Origin: Candidatus Velthaea sp.
GTDB taxonomy: Bacteria > Vulcanimicrobiota > Vulcanimicrobiia > Vulcanimicrobiales > Vulcanimicrobiaceae
Assembly (NCBI GenBank): GCA_965214935.1
Contig: CBDCCS010000022.1
Location: 288,001-352,000, forward strand
DNA length: 64,000 bases
Reading direction: 5' to 3'
Shown: piece by piece, positions 50,550 to 59,636 of the stretch
Position numbering within the stretch: position 1 is the stretch's first letter
Layout: each line of letters begins with the position of its first letter
The notes under the pieces: generated by a model
The model's database searches: none
What the model was told of the DNA's origin: nothing
What the model saw: the letters and a program-made list of their open reading frames with translations, nothing else
Position numbers and translations under genes: made by a program

Positions 50550-51843
50550 GGACGGCGTCGCCGCGCGGCGTGAGATTCTCCGCGTTGCGAAAGAACGCGG
50601 CGTACGTTACGTGCGGCTCGCGTTCGTCGATATTCTCGGGATTGAAAAGAATATCATGATTCCGGTCAGCGAACTCGAACGCGCGCTGGCCGGACATGTT
50701 ACTTTTGACGGCGGATCGATCGATGGTTTCGTGCGCGGCGAAGAGATCGATATGGTGTTGCAGCCCGATCCGGCAACGTTTGCAATCTTGCCCTGGACGC
50801 ACAACGGCACCGCCGAGGCACGTCTCCTGTGCGATATCGCCATGCCGGACGGCACGCCGTTCGAGGGCTGCCCGCGCTCGACGCTCAAACGCGTGCTCGA
50901 AGACGCCGGCGATGTCGTGTCGCGCGTGCTCACCGCACTCGAAGTGGAGTTTTATCTGTTCAATCGGCAGCCGGACGGCTCGCCGACGACCATGCCGCTC
51001 GACAGCGGTTCGTATTTCGATTTTTCACCCAGCGACCGTGGCGATGAGACGCGTACTGCAATGGTCGCGGCGCTCGAATCGATGGGCATCGTCGTGTCGA
51101 GTGCCCACCACGAGCACGGTGCGGGACAGCATGAGATCGACCTCGCGGCCGCCGGTGCGCTGGCGACGGCCGATCATCTCATTACCGTTCGCGGTGTGGT
51201 CAAGCACATCGCCGATCAAAACAATATTCACGCCACGTTCATGCCGAAGCCGGTCGAGTCGCAAGCCGGAAATGGTTTGCACGCGTATTTCAGTCTCGGC
51301 GACGTCGATGAAGTCGTCCGGCTGCATGCCATCGCCGGTTTGCTGGAGCACGCACCCGGCTTCACCGCCGTTTGCAACCCGACGGTCAATTCGTACAAGC
51401 GGCTCGTCGCAGCCTGGGATGCGCCGATCTATACGGTCTGGTCGCATCGCAGTGCAAATGCGCTTGTCCGGGTGCCGCCGGCGGCTGACGGTCCGCAGCT
51501 TATCGAAGTGCGCAGTCCCGATTCTGCTTGTAATCCGTACCTTGCGATGGCCGTGCTGGTTGAGTCGATTGCCGAAGGGATCCGCGCGCGCGCACTTCCC
51601 GGTGACCCGTTCACCGGCTCGACCTACGAGCTTTCGGAACGCGTGCGCAACGATCGCGGCATCGTCACGCTGCCCAAGTCGCTGCGCTCGGCGCTAACGG
51701 AACTCGACCGCGACATCGTTGTCCGCGGCGCGCTCGGCGACCACATCTATCATGCCTTCCGCGACGCTAAGCTTGCCGAATACGAGCGCTACCGCCGCGC
51801 CGTTCATCCGTGGGAACACGAGGCGTATCTGCGCACGTACTAA
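50533..51843 (+). CDS. Glutamine synthetase type I-alpha homologue with active-site substitutions
   Basis: FDGGSIDGFVR, EVEFYLF, HHE..GQHEI, ATFMPKP, NPTVNSYKRL, EVRSPD, HPWE. Confidence 0.88.
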   Translation: MLSAVKDGVAARREILRVAKERGVRYVRLAFVDILGIEKNIMIPVSELERALAGHVTFDGGSIDGFVRGEEIDMVLQPDPATFAILPWTHNGTAEARLLCDIAMPDGTPFEGCPRSTLKRVLEDAGDVVSRVLTALEVEFYLFNRQPDGSPTTMPLDSGSYFDFSPSDRGDETRTAMVAALESMGIVVSSAHHEHGAGQHEIDLAAAGALATADHLITVRGVVKHIADQNNIHATFMPKPVESQAGNGLHAYFSLGDVDEVVRLHAIAGLLEHAPGFTAVCNPTVNSYKRLVAAWDAPIYTVWSHRSANALVRVPPAADGPQLIEVRSPDSACNPYLAMAVLVESIAEGIRARALPGDPFTGSTYELSERVRNDRGIVTLPKSLRSALTELDRDIVVRGALGDHIYHAFRDAKLAEYERYRRAVHPWEHEAYLRTY

Positions 51844-52284
51844 GACGATCTCGGACGGCAAGCGAAGCACGAGCGGTCTTAGTTTTGCTTCGCATCCTCA
51901 TCACCGCGCATGTGCTGATGATGTCTTCTTAGGCGATGTCTCTCGAACGTCGCAGCCGGCACAAGTGACGTTGTGCGCAGATCCTGGCACGAGGCGTAAT
52001 GTTTGTCGAGGATACGATTCCTCAGCCGTACTGACGCTTTGACGGCTGCGTCGTGCGATGTTGTCGCTCCGCGCGCGCTTGCTCGATCATTTTTGGGGTT
52101 TCCGCCACGCGACCCACGGATCCGTGTGCAATGCATTTGCAGAATGCGAACATGTGGCCTAACGTTCAGCATGCTACTCGGGCAAATCTATGCCGGCGCG
52201 GCGACGTCATTCCCCGTTGTTTTTACTTGCGGCTCAGCCAACCATGCGACGCAATCCGCGCGATCGGTGTTATGCGGTGCAATC

Positions 52285-53106
52285 ATGATCGATCGTCTTG
52301 CCCAATCAGGCCGTCTTCCCACCTTCTTCATACCGCACGGCGGCGGTCCGTGCTTTTTCATTGATTGGCCGGGAGAGATGGCGGGCTCGTGGGACACGCT
52401 GGCCGGCTTTCTGCGCGGGCTGCGTTCGACAATCGGCATGCGTCCGAAAGCAATCGTCGTCATCTCCGCTCACTGGGAAGTCTCGCAACTGACGTTGACC
52501 GACCGCGCCGATTCGGCGCCACTACTTTACGATTATTCCGGATTTCCGCCGCATACTTACGCACTGCAGTATCCGGCACCCGGCTCGCCGGCGGTGGCAC
52601 AGCGCATGCGCGATTTGCTGCAAACGGCGGGCATCCGGTCGCGTTCAAACGTCGAACGCGGTTTCGATCATGGCGTCTTCATACCGTTCATGCTCGTCGA
52701 ACCGGAAGCCGCGATTCCGATCGTGCAACTCTCACTCGTCGCGGGACTCGACCCGAGCTTGCATGTCGCGATCGGCAACGCGCTCGCGCCGCTGCGCGAC
52801 GAGGGTGTGCTCATCGTCGGCAGCGGGATGAGTTATCACAACATGCAAGGCTTCTCTCGTCACGATGCGCCGAACGGTGCCGCCTTCGACACGTGGCTAT
52901 CGCAAACGGTTGAAGCAGATCCGCAGGAGCGAACGCAGCGACTTGTCCGCTGGCGCGAAGCACCCGAGGCGCGGCTCGCGCATCCGCGCGAAGAACACTT
53001 GTTACCGCTGATGGTGGCCGCCGGGGCAGGCGGAGTTGATAGCGGAAAGCGGATTTTTAACGACCGCATTATCGGCGCAACGATTTCCGCTTACCGCTTC
53101 GGTTAA
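52285..53106 (+). CDS. Class III extradiol dioxygenase (DOPA 4,5-dioxygenase/YgiD-like)
   Basis: HGGGP, ISAHWE, YDYSGFP, GFDHG, GSGMSYHN, HPREEHLLP. Confidence 0.9.
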   Translation: MIDRLAQSGRLPTFFIPHGGGPCFFIDWPGEMAGSWDTLAGFLRGLRSTIGMRPKAIVVISAHWEVSQLTLTDRADSAPLLYDYSGFPPHTYALQYPAPGSPAVAQRMRDLLQTAGIRSRSNVERGFDHGVFIPFMLVEPEAAIPIVQLSLVAGLDPSLHVAIGNALAPLRDEGVLIVGSGMSYHNMQGFSRHDAPNGAAFDTWLSQTVEADPQERTQRLVRWREAPEARLAHPREEHLLPLMVAAGAGGVDSGKRIFNDRIIGATISAYRFG

Positions 53107-53154
53107 TGCCGACATGCACCGCAAGCGGTTCATACGCGTAGAAGGTTTACCGCC

Positions 53155-54537
53155 TTGATCGACATTCGTCCCGCCGACCCCGCCGAACGTAGCGCATTGG
53201 AAGATTTGCAGTTGCGGGCCTCGATCGCTTGGGCAGAATATCGACAACTTCTCGTTGCAAACCGCGACGCGATCGAACTTCCCGTCGAGCAGCTAGTCGA
53301 AGGTCGGACGTTTGTCGCCGAGAGCGACGGCGAAATCGTTGGTTTCGGCGTTATCGTGCGCCGCACGGACGGGAACACCGAACTTGATGGCTTGTTCGTT
53401 GAGCCCAATGCTTGGCGTACGGGCATCGGCACACGGTTGGTTAAGGAAGCGGAGCGTCGCGCAATAAGCGCAGGATCGACAGCATTGCATGTCATCGCGA
53501 ACCCAAGAGCCGAGGCATTTTACTTAGCTTGCGGCTTCGCGTTCGTCGGCGAGGAACAAACTCGATTCGGGATAGCGCGTTCGATGAAAAAGACGTTGAT
53601 GGCGTCGGCTGACGACAAGCTTGCGAACGGCGACAATTCATCGTCGCTCAAAATTGCGGTGCTCGGCGCGGGAAAAATCGGCAGCACCTTTGCCTTTCAA
53701 TTCGCCCGCGCCGGTCACCACGAGGTCACCGTCATCGCGCGACCGGGATCCGTTCGGTTGCAGCAGTTGCAACGCGACAACGGAATCGTCGACGTAAGCG
53801 GCGAGCGAGCGCGGGTCCGGGTAATCGACGCGCTGGACGAGGAGACGCCCTACGATTTGCTGATCGTCACGCTACTCGACCACCAGGCCATCACGCTGCT
53901 CCCGATGTTACAGCGCTGCGCGGCAAAGTGCGTACAATTTATGTTTAATACGTTTTATCCCGAGCGGTTGCAGGACGCGATCGCGGTCGCGCGCTGTACG
54001 TTCGGCATGCCGTTCGTTCAAGCAAGATTAGAGAGCGATGGCAGGCTCAGGGCGGCGATCGGAGCCGGTGGCCAGAAAACCATCATGAGCGAGCAACGCT
54101 GGGTTGCTGTTTTTAATGCTGCTGGTTTGCCGGCTGCGCTCGAACCCGACATGCTGCTCTGGCTGCGCTGTCATGTTCCATTGTGCGTGGCCTTCGAAAG
54201 CGTAGCGGTCGCCGGCGAGCGGCTTGCGGGCGGCGCTTCGTGGGCCGAAGCAATCGTTTTGGCACGCGGCGTCCAGACGAGCTTCGAGCTCATCAAAGGG
54301 CTCGGGTATCGCGTCTACCCGCGCGGAAAACAAATCGTCGCAGCCTGTCCGATTCCGGTATTGGCGACGATGCTGTGGTGCATGTCGCGCATCCGTTCGT
54401 TTCGTGAGGTGTTAGCGACCGGGGAGGCCGAATGCCGGATCCTTGTAGACGATATGGTTGCCGCTGCGCCACGGGCGAAAAAGCCGGTCGATGTGAGCCG
54501 CATTCAAGCCATGAAGCCACGTCAACGAACGGGCTAA
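53155..54537 (+). CDS. GNAT acetyltransferase fused to ketopantoate-reductase-like domain
   Basis: N-terminal LFVEP.AWRTGIG...A.AFY..CGF; C-terminal KIAVLGAGKIG Rossmann fold; single reading frame. Confidence 0.75.
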   Translation: MIDIRPADPAERSALEDLQLRASIAWAEYRQLLVANRDAIELPVEQLVEGRTFVAESDGEIVGFGVIVRRTDGNTELDGLFVEPNAWRTGIGTRLVKEAERRAISAGSTALHVIANPRAEAFYLACGFAFVGEEQTRFGIARSMKKTLMASADDKLANGDNSSSLKIAVLGAGKIGSTFAFQFARAGHHEVTVIARPGSVRLQQLQRDNGIVDVSGERARVRVIDALDEETPYDLLIVTLLDHQAITLLPMLQRCAAKCVQFMFNTFYPERLQDAIAVARCTFGMPFVQARLESDGRLRAAIGAGGQKTIMSEQRWVAVFNAAGLPAALEPDMLLWLRCHVPLCVAFESVAVAGERLAGGASWAEAIVLARGVQTSFELIKGLGYRVYPRGKQIVAACPIPVLATMLWCMSRIRSFREVLATGEAECRILVDDMVAAAPRAKKPVDVSRIQAMKPRQRTG

Positions 54538-54562
54538 GCGTAACTTCAGACGAGCGCTTTGT

Positions 54563-55717
54563 CTATTTTGCTGCCGCAGCGACGTTGTTCGACGCAGCGA
54601 CGGCGTCGGCTTCGCGCGAAGGCCTGAAAACGCGCTTGAGCGTGCCGGAAAACCAGCTTGCATCATCCTTGAGAAAGTAACCCGTTTCGACGAAGTACGT
54701 CGCAAGCTGCGGGCGTTTTGCCGCTAAGCGTACCAGCACATCGCCGCCGCCTCGAAACAGCGTACGCATGCGCCGCGCTTCACGTTCATTTCGATCGAAA
54801 CGCAGAAGTCCGCGTTCGTACGCCGGGCCGGCTAGCCGTACGTTTCCGTTCGCAGCGATCAAAGCGCGCGCGGCGTCGCGACCGGTCGCGAGCGCCTGAG
54901 ACACGCCTTCGGCGGACAGCGGATCGGCAACGCCGGCGGCATCACCGATCAGGAAAGCGCCACCGGCGTAGCGTCGTGCGCGACCTGACGGAATCACGCC
55001 GCCTTTTACATCGGCGACGGCCGGACGTTCACCGAGCGTCGCGCGTGCCAGGCGGCTTGTCGCCAGCCAATATGTCAGCAATGCCCGCAGATCGCCGCCC
55101 GAATCACCGACGACGCGTGAATCGACGGCCAGGCCGACATTCACGCGCCGTGCGGCAACCGGAAAAATCCATGCGTAACCCGGCGTGAGCGGACGCGCGT
55201 AATGGACGGCATATTCGAGCGGAACGTCGTGCGCCGTTTCGACGTAGCCGCGCACCGCGACGAGTTGCGAACGAAACGCCGGAAAGCCGCGCTTGTGCGC
55301 AAGACCGCCGGTCGCTCCTTCGGCCAACAGCACGGCGTCGTCATCAAGATCCTCGAGCCTGCGAATCGTCGTATTCGGGTGGAACGCGGCGCCCGCTGCG
55401 ACGGCTGCATCGATGAGCAATGCATCGAATGCACGGCGCTGCATCGTCGTTCCGGCCGGCAGTCCGGCCGGCCATCCGGCGCGGACCGCTACCTCGGACG
55501 GTCCGGAAATGAGCGTTGCATCGAGCTGTGGCCGGCCCGCGACGCTCAGGCCGAGTTCGGCAAGTTGCATGACGCTCGAGGGCGTCAGCCCGTCGCCGCA
55601 GGTCTTTGCCCGGGGCCACGACGACTTTTCATAAATCGTCACGCGCGCGCCGGCCCGTGCAAGTTCGATTGCGGCCGCCGAACCGGCCGGTCCGGCGCCG
55701 ACGACGGCAACGCGCAC
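54563..55717 (-). CDS. Geranylgeranyl-reductase-family FAD oxidoreductase
   Basis: VVGAGPAGS, KTCGDGL, R..FD..L, GYAWIFP, GDAAG..DP...EG. Confidence 0.88.
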   Translation of the reverse strand: MRVAVVGAGPAGSAAAIELARAGARVTIYEKSSWPRAKTCGDGLTPSSVMQLAELGLSVAGRPQLDATLISGPSEVAVRAGWPAGLPAGTTMQRRAFDALLIDAAVAAGAAFHPNTTIRRLEDLDDDAVLLAEGATGGLAHKRGFPAFRSQLVAVRGYVETAHDVPLEYAVHYARPLTPGYAWIFPVAARRVNVGLAVDSRVVGDSGGDLRALLTYWLATSRLARATLGERPAVADVKGGVIPSGRARRYAGGAFLIGDAAGVADPLSAEGVSQALATGRDAARALIAANGNVRLAGPAYERGLLRFDRNEREARRMRTLFRGGGDVLVRLAAKRPQLATYFVETGYFLKDDASWFSGTLKRVFRPSREADAVAASNNVAAAAK

Positions 55718-57147
55718 TACCGCGCTGCCGGTACGTGCGCTCGTGCGCGCAGTAAACGCCAAGCGAATGCGACGTCGTCGATCGTCGTCCGCTCGTTGCC
55801 GATCGCGATGCGCAAAACGACGCGGCCGTCGAGTTTGGTATGCGATAGAAAGATCTCGCCGGACGCATTGAGCGCGTGCATGAGTGCAAGATTGTGCGCA
55901 TCGAGCGCGTCGCCCGCGAGTTCCGGCGGAGCATGACGGAAGCACACCACTGAAAGCGGGTGCGGTGCAGCGATCTGCCAATCGCGCTCGGCCTCAACCC
56001 AACTTGCAAATTCTTGCGCCATGGCGATGTGCCGCCGCAACACCGCCTGCAAGCCGCTCACGCCGTAGCTGCGCATGGCGAACCACAACTTGAGCGCGCG
56101 AAAGCGCCGCCCGAGTTGCAAGCCGTAATCCATGTAATTACGCACGTCGGTCTCCGGGGTCACGAGGTAATCGGCAACGAGGCTGAACGTACGCCGCAAC
56201 AACTCCATGTCGCGCACGTACAGCACGGACAAGTCGACCGGGACGAACAGCCACTTGTGCGGATTGAGTACGATCGAGTCGGCTTCGTACGCACCGGCGA
56301 GCAGCCAGCGAAACTCCGGCAGAATTGCGGCCGGACCGGCATACGCCGCATCGACGTGCAGCCAAATGTTCCGCTCCCGCGTGATCGCACGCAACGCGTC
56401 GACCGGATCGGACGACGTGGTCGAAGTCGTGCCGACCGTGGCAACCACGCACATCGGGCGCGCGCCGCGCGCGATGTCGGCATCGAGCATAGCGGCCAAC
56501 GCGGCGGCGTCCATTGCGTAACCGGCGTCGCACGGCACGCGGCGCACGTTCTCGCGACCGACGCCCAGTGCAATGGCAGCCTTCTCGATATGCGAATGCG
56601 TATGTTCGGTAATGTAGACGCACAACGCCGGCAGATCCGCGCGGCCGGCCATCCCGCGCATCCGAATGTCGAGGTCAAGCGATTCACGGGCCGCGGCAAG
56701 CGCCGTAAAGCCGCTGATCGAAGCCGTATCGTAGATGATCCCCGAGAAGTCGGCGGGCAAGCCGAGCATCTCGCGTAACCAGCCGAGGGTGACGTCCTCG
56801 AGTTCGGTGGCGGCCGGCGACGTCCGCCAAAGCATCGCATTTACATCGAGCGCAGCGGCGAGCGCTTCAGCGAGGACCGTTATCGGAGCGGCGCTGATTG
56901 AAAAGTATGCGAAGAATCGCGGGTGATTCCAATGCGTGATACCCGGAACGATCAATTGCTCGAAATCCGCAAAAATCGCATCGAACGTTTCGGCATCGTG
57001 CGGCGCGCGGTCCGGCAACTGTCGTTTTAAATCGCCCGGCCGGCTGTCCGAAAGGACCCGATAGCTGCGAGTGTCGGTGTAATACCGTTCGATCCATGCA
57101 CCGACTCGCGCAAAGCGGGCGGCGAAGTCGTCGGTGCCCGGCGTCAC
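55717..57147 (-). CDS. PLP-dependent aromatic-L-amino-acid decarboxylase (DOPA decarboxylase family)
   Basis: PGITHWNHPRFFAYF, SPAATELE, WLHVDAAYAG, NPHKW, LGRRFRALKLW. Confidence 0.92.
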   Translation of the reverse strand: MTPGTDDFAARFARVGAWIERYYTDTRSYRVLSDSRPGDLKRQLPDRAPHDAETFDAIFADFEQLIVPGITHWNHPRFFAYFSISAAPITVLAEALAAALDVNAMLWRTSPAATELEDVTLGWLREMLGLPADFSGIIYDTASISGFTALAAARESLDLDIRMRGMAGRADLPALCVYITEHTHSHIEKAAIALGVGRENVRRVPCDAGYAMDAAALAAMLDADIARGARPMCVVATVGTTSTTSSDPVDALRAITRERNIWLHVDAAYAGPAAILPEFRWLLAGAYEADSIVLNPHKWLFVPVDLSVLYVRDMELLRRTFSLVADYLVTPETDVRNYMDYGLQLGRRFRALKLWFAMRSYGVSGLQAVLRRHIAMAQEFASWVEAERDWQIAAPHPLSVVCFRHAPPELAGDALDAHNLALMHALNASGEIFLSHTKLDGRVVLRIAIGNERTTIDDVAFAWRLLRARAHVPAAR

Positions 57148-57374
57148 GTCATGCGGGATTGCGGAAGCTGCACGATATCCGTAATTTGATCGATATAAAG
57201 AGTCGCGCCTTCGTCGCCCGCTCCCGCAATGTAAACCGATAGCGAGCGGTCGGAAAGTAACTCGGTGCGCAAATGCCCCGTGTGTGACGTGCCGTCGTCT
57301 AAGTAGACGCGCACGTGCATCCCGGCAAATGTCTCGATTGCTCCGGCATCATACTTTTCATGACGATGTTCCAC
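57144..57374 (-). CDS. Small hypothetical protein, Sm/LSm-like; paralogue of 33494..33709
   Basis: AAGGGGG RBS, GTG start; GMHVRVYLDDGTSHTG; TGA overlaps the decarboxylase GTG. Confidence 0.7.
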   Translation of the reverse strand: MEHRHEKYDAGAIETFAGMHVRVYLDDGTSHTGHLRTELLSDRSLSVYIAGAGDEGATLYIDQITDIVQLPQSRMT

Positions 57375-57473
57375 GCTTGAACCCCCTTTTGATTAGCTTC
57401 CCGTGGGACGCCCTTAGCATGGCGCTCGTTCCCGGCTCGCGAAATGGAATCTGCCGCACGTAAGGAGTACTTG

Positions 57474-58532
57474 ATGCAGTACCGCACCTATCCAAAAACC
57501 GACATGACGGTTAGCGAAGTCGGCTTCGGCTTGTGGACCACCTCGACCGGCTGGTGGGGCGAAATGACCGACGAACAGGCCGTCGCACTCATCCGCGATG
57601 CTTACGACCGTTACGGGATTACGCTCTTCGATGCCGCCGACACGTATGCGAACGGCCGGAGTGAAGAACAACTGGGCGCAGCATTCGAGGGCCGGCGCGA
57701 ACGTGTCATCTACTCGACGAAGTTCGGCTATGACTTCTACAATTTTTCCGGCGAACGCAAAGGCCAGAATGAAATTCCGGCCGACTTTTCGCCCGCGTTC
57801 GTCCGGTTTGCGCTCGAGCAATCACTGCGTCGTCTCAAAACCGATTATATCGACATTTATTCCATTCACAACGCGCATCTCGAGCAGGTTCATTCCGACG
57901 AACTTTTCGCGCTGCTCGAAGAGTTCAAAAGCGAAGGCAAGATCCGCTCGTACGGCGTAGCGCTCGGACCGGCGATCGGCTGGCTTTACGAAGGCATCGA
58001 CGCGGCGCGCAAACGCAACGTAACGAACGTTCAGATGATCTGGAATATGCTCGAGCAGTTCCCCGGCAATCAGATGTTGCAAGCCGCGAACGAGGCGCAA
58101 GCCGACACCGGATACCAGATTCGCGTACCGCATTCGAGCGGGATGCTTGAAGGTAAATATACGCTCGACACCGTGTTTCCGCCGAGCGATCACCGATCGC
58201 ATCGGCCGCGTCAATGGCTGCTCAACGGAATGAAGAAAATCGAGACGTTGCGCTTTCTTGAAACGCCCGGCCGAACGCTGGGTCAGGCCGCATTGCAGTG
58301 GCTGCTGGCCGAACCGCGCGTAATGACCGTTTTGCCGAATATTTATGATGCCGAGCAACTCGCCGAATTCGGCACCGCACCGGACAGTCCACGGCTCACG
58401 GCCGATGAACTTGCTCGGATTGCGGAACTCGAGCAAACGAATTTTGGTATCGGTGCCGAGCAAGGCCGCTACAAGGGAACGATGACTGACAGCGCTTACA
58501 ACGAAGCAACCGCGGCCTTGGCGACGGTGTGA
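57474..58532 (+). CDS. Aldo/keto reductase
   Basis: SEVGFG, FDAADTY..G.SEE, TKFG, SLRRLKTDYID, EGKIR; AAGGAG RBS. Confidence 0.92.
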   Translation: MQYRTYPKTDMTVSEVGFGLWTTSTGWWGEMTDEQAVALIRDAYDRYGITLFDAADTYANGRSEEQLGAAFEGRRERVIYSTKFGYDFYNFSGERKGQNEIPADFSPAFVRFALEQSLRRLKTDYIDIYSIHNAHLEQVHSDELFALLEEFKSEGKIRSYGVALGPAIGWLYEGIDAARKRNVTNVQMIWNMLEQFPGNQMLQAANEAQADTGYQIRVPHSSGMLEGKYTLDTVFPPSDHRSHRPRQWLLNGMKKIETLRFLETPGRTLGQAALQWLLAEPRVMTVLPNIYDAEQLAEFGTAPDSPRLTADELARIAELEQTNFGIGAEQGRYKGTMTDSAYNEATAALATV

Positions 58533-58921
58533 CCGCCAGGCGCGTCTTTACCGACGGCGCGCCGGCTCCGATCGGGCCATACAATCAGGCGGTCGTTGCC
58601 GGCCGTCTGATATTCCTTAGCGGCCAAATCGCGATCGACCCCGCCGCCGGCAAGCTGGTCGACGGCGATGTTGCCGCGCAAACGCGCCAGGTCATGCGGA
58701 ACATCAGCGCCGTGCTGGAAGCCGCGGGCGTTACCTTCACGCATGTTTGTAAGACGACGATCTTTCTCGTCGACATGAGCGACTTTGGCGTCGTCAATCC
58801 GATCTACGGCGAAGCGTTTGCCGGCGGCGTTGCTCCGGCACGCTCGACGGTTGCCGTTGCCGCCTTGCCGCTCGGGGCCCGCATCGAGATCGAAGTCATC
58901 GCTCGAACCGCCAAACGCTAA
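58529..58921 (+). CDS. ridA: RidA family reactive-intermediate deaminase
   Basis: APAPIGPYNQA, SGQI, PARS.V.V..LP, IEIE. Confidence 0.92.
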   Translation: MTARRVFTDGAPAPIGPYNQAVVAGRLIFLSGQIAIDPAAGKLVDGDVAAQTRQVMRNISAVLEAAGVTFTHVCKTTIFLVDMSDFGVVNPIYGEAFAGGVAPARSTVAVAALPLGARIEIEVIARTAKR

Positions 58922-59463
58922 GTTCGCTGCCGCGGTTGAACGGGCTTTGCTTCGCTTGCCTCGTGAAACTCCGCGCGCCATTGACGGTTGGCCCAGCGCA
59001 GTCGCTCCGTCAAGCATGCCTCTCGCCGCGCGCCGACCATCGCTGCCGTGCAGACGACCGCGACCGGCCGCGCGTGCGCGACGGAGCTTGGGGCGTCGGC
59101 CGGCTTGATGCTCGAAACCGTTTGTCCGCTGAGCGGCCGGCTTGCAGGCGCGGGCTGCAACGCGATCTGCGCGGGCAGCGACGCCGGTTGCGCGCGTGAT
59201 TTGACGATCCGAATCGGGGCAGCAGATGTCCGGCCCGCGCCCGAGCGCAGAGCACGCAGGACGGCAAGCGGCAAGGTCGGTGCGCTATGCCCACGCATGC
59301 TCGGCGCCGCCGGTGCCGTACTGTTTGAGAATTGGTGCCCGACCAACGCGATTGCTACGACAAAGCCCACGATGAACAATGCATTGAGGGCCGGGCCGAT
59401 CGATCGCCGCGCTGCGCGATTGCCGGCCTGCGGCTTCGACGGCGGGTGCGGATTGATGCTCAT
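58918..59463 (-). CDS. Hypothetical single-TM Pro/Ala-rich protein
   Basis: AAGG RBS before ATG 59463, one hydrophobic helix, low-complexity stalk, C-terminal Cys pair. Confidence 0.5.
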   Translation of the reverse strand: MSINPHPPSKPQAGNRAARRSIGPALNALFIVGFVVAIALVGHQFSNSTAPAAPSMRGHSAPTLPLAVLRALRSGAGRTSAAPIRIVKSRAQPASLPAQIALQPAPASRPLSGQTVSSIKPADAPSSVAHARPVAVVCTAAMVGARREACLTERLRWANRQWRAEFHEASEAKPVQPRQRT

Positions 59464-59636
59464 ACCTTGGTATCGCTCGTTTCGGCCGGCATCTTTAACA
59501 AGTAACGCACCGAGACCAGCGTGGATGGGGCAGATGGAGCGAACCGGACCCAAACCGCCGGCGGTCGTCGAGGGGAACCGCGCCGGGTTGCCGGAGTCTT
59601 ACCGGTCAGCACTTTGTCAGGAGTAAGCGAGCTACG

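Noticed and set aside
59500..59630. SAM-I/IV riboswitch-like stretch before fumC
   Set aside because: Only vague resemblance; the core ATC..GAG, GCAACC and GTGC elements are missing and the context does not fit.
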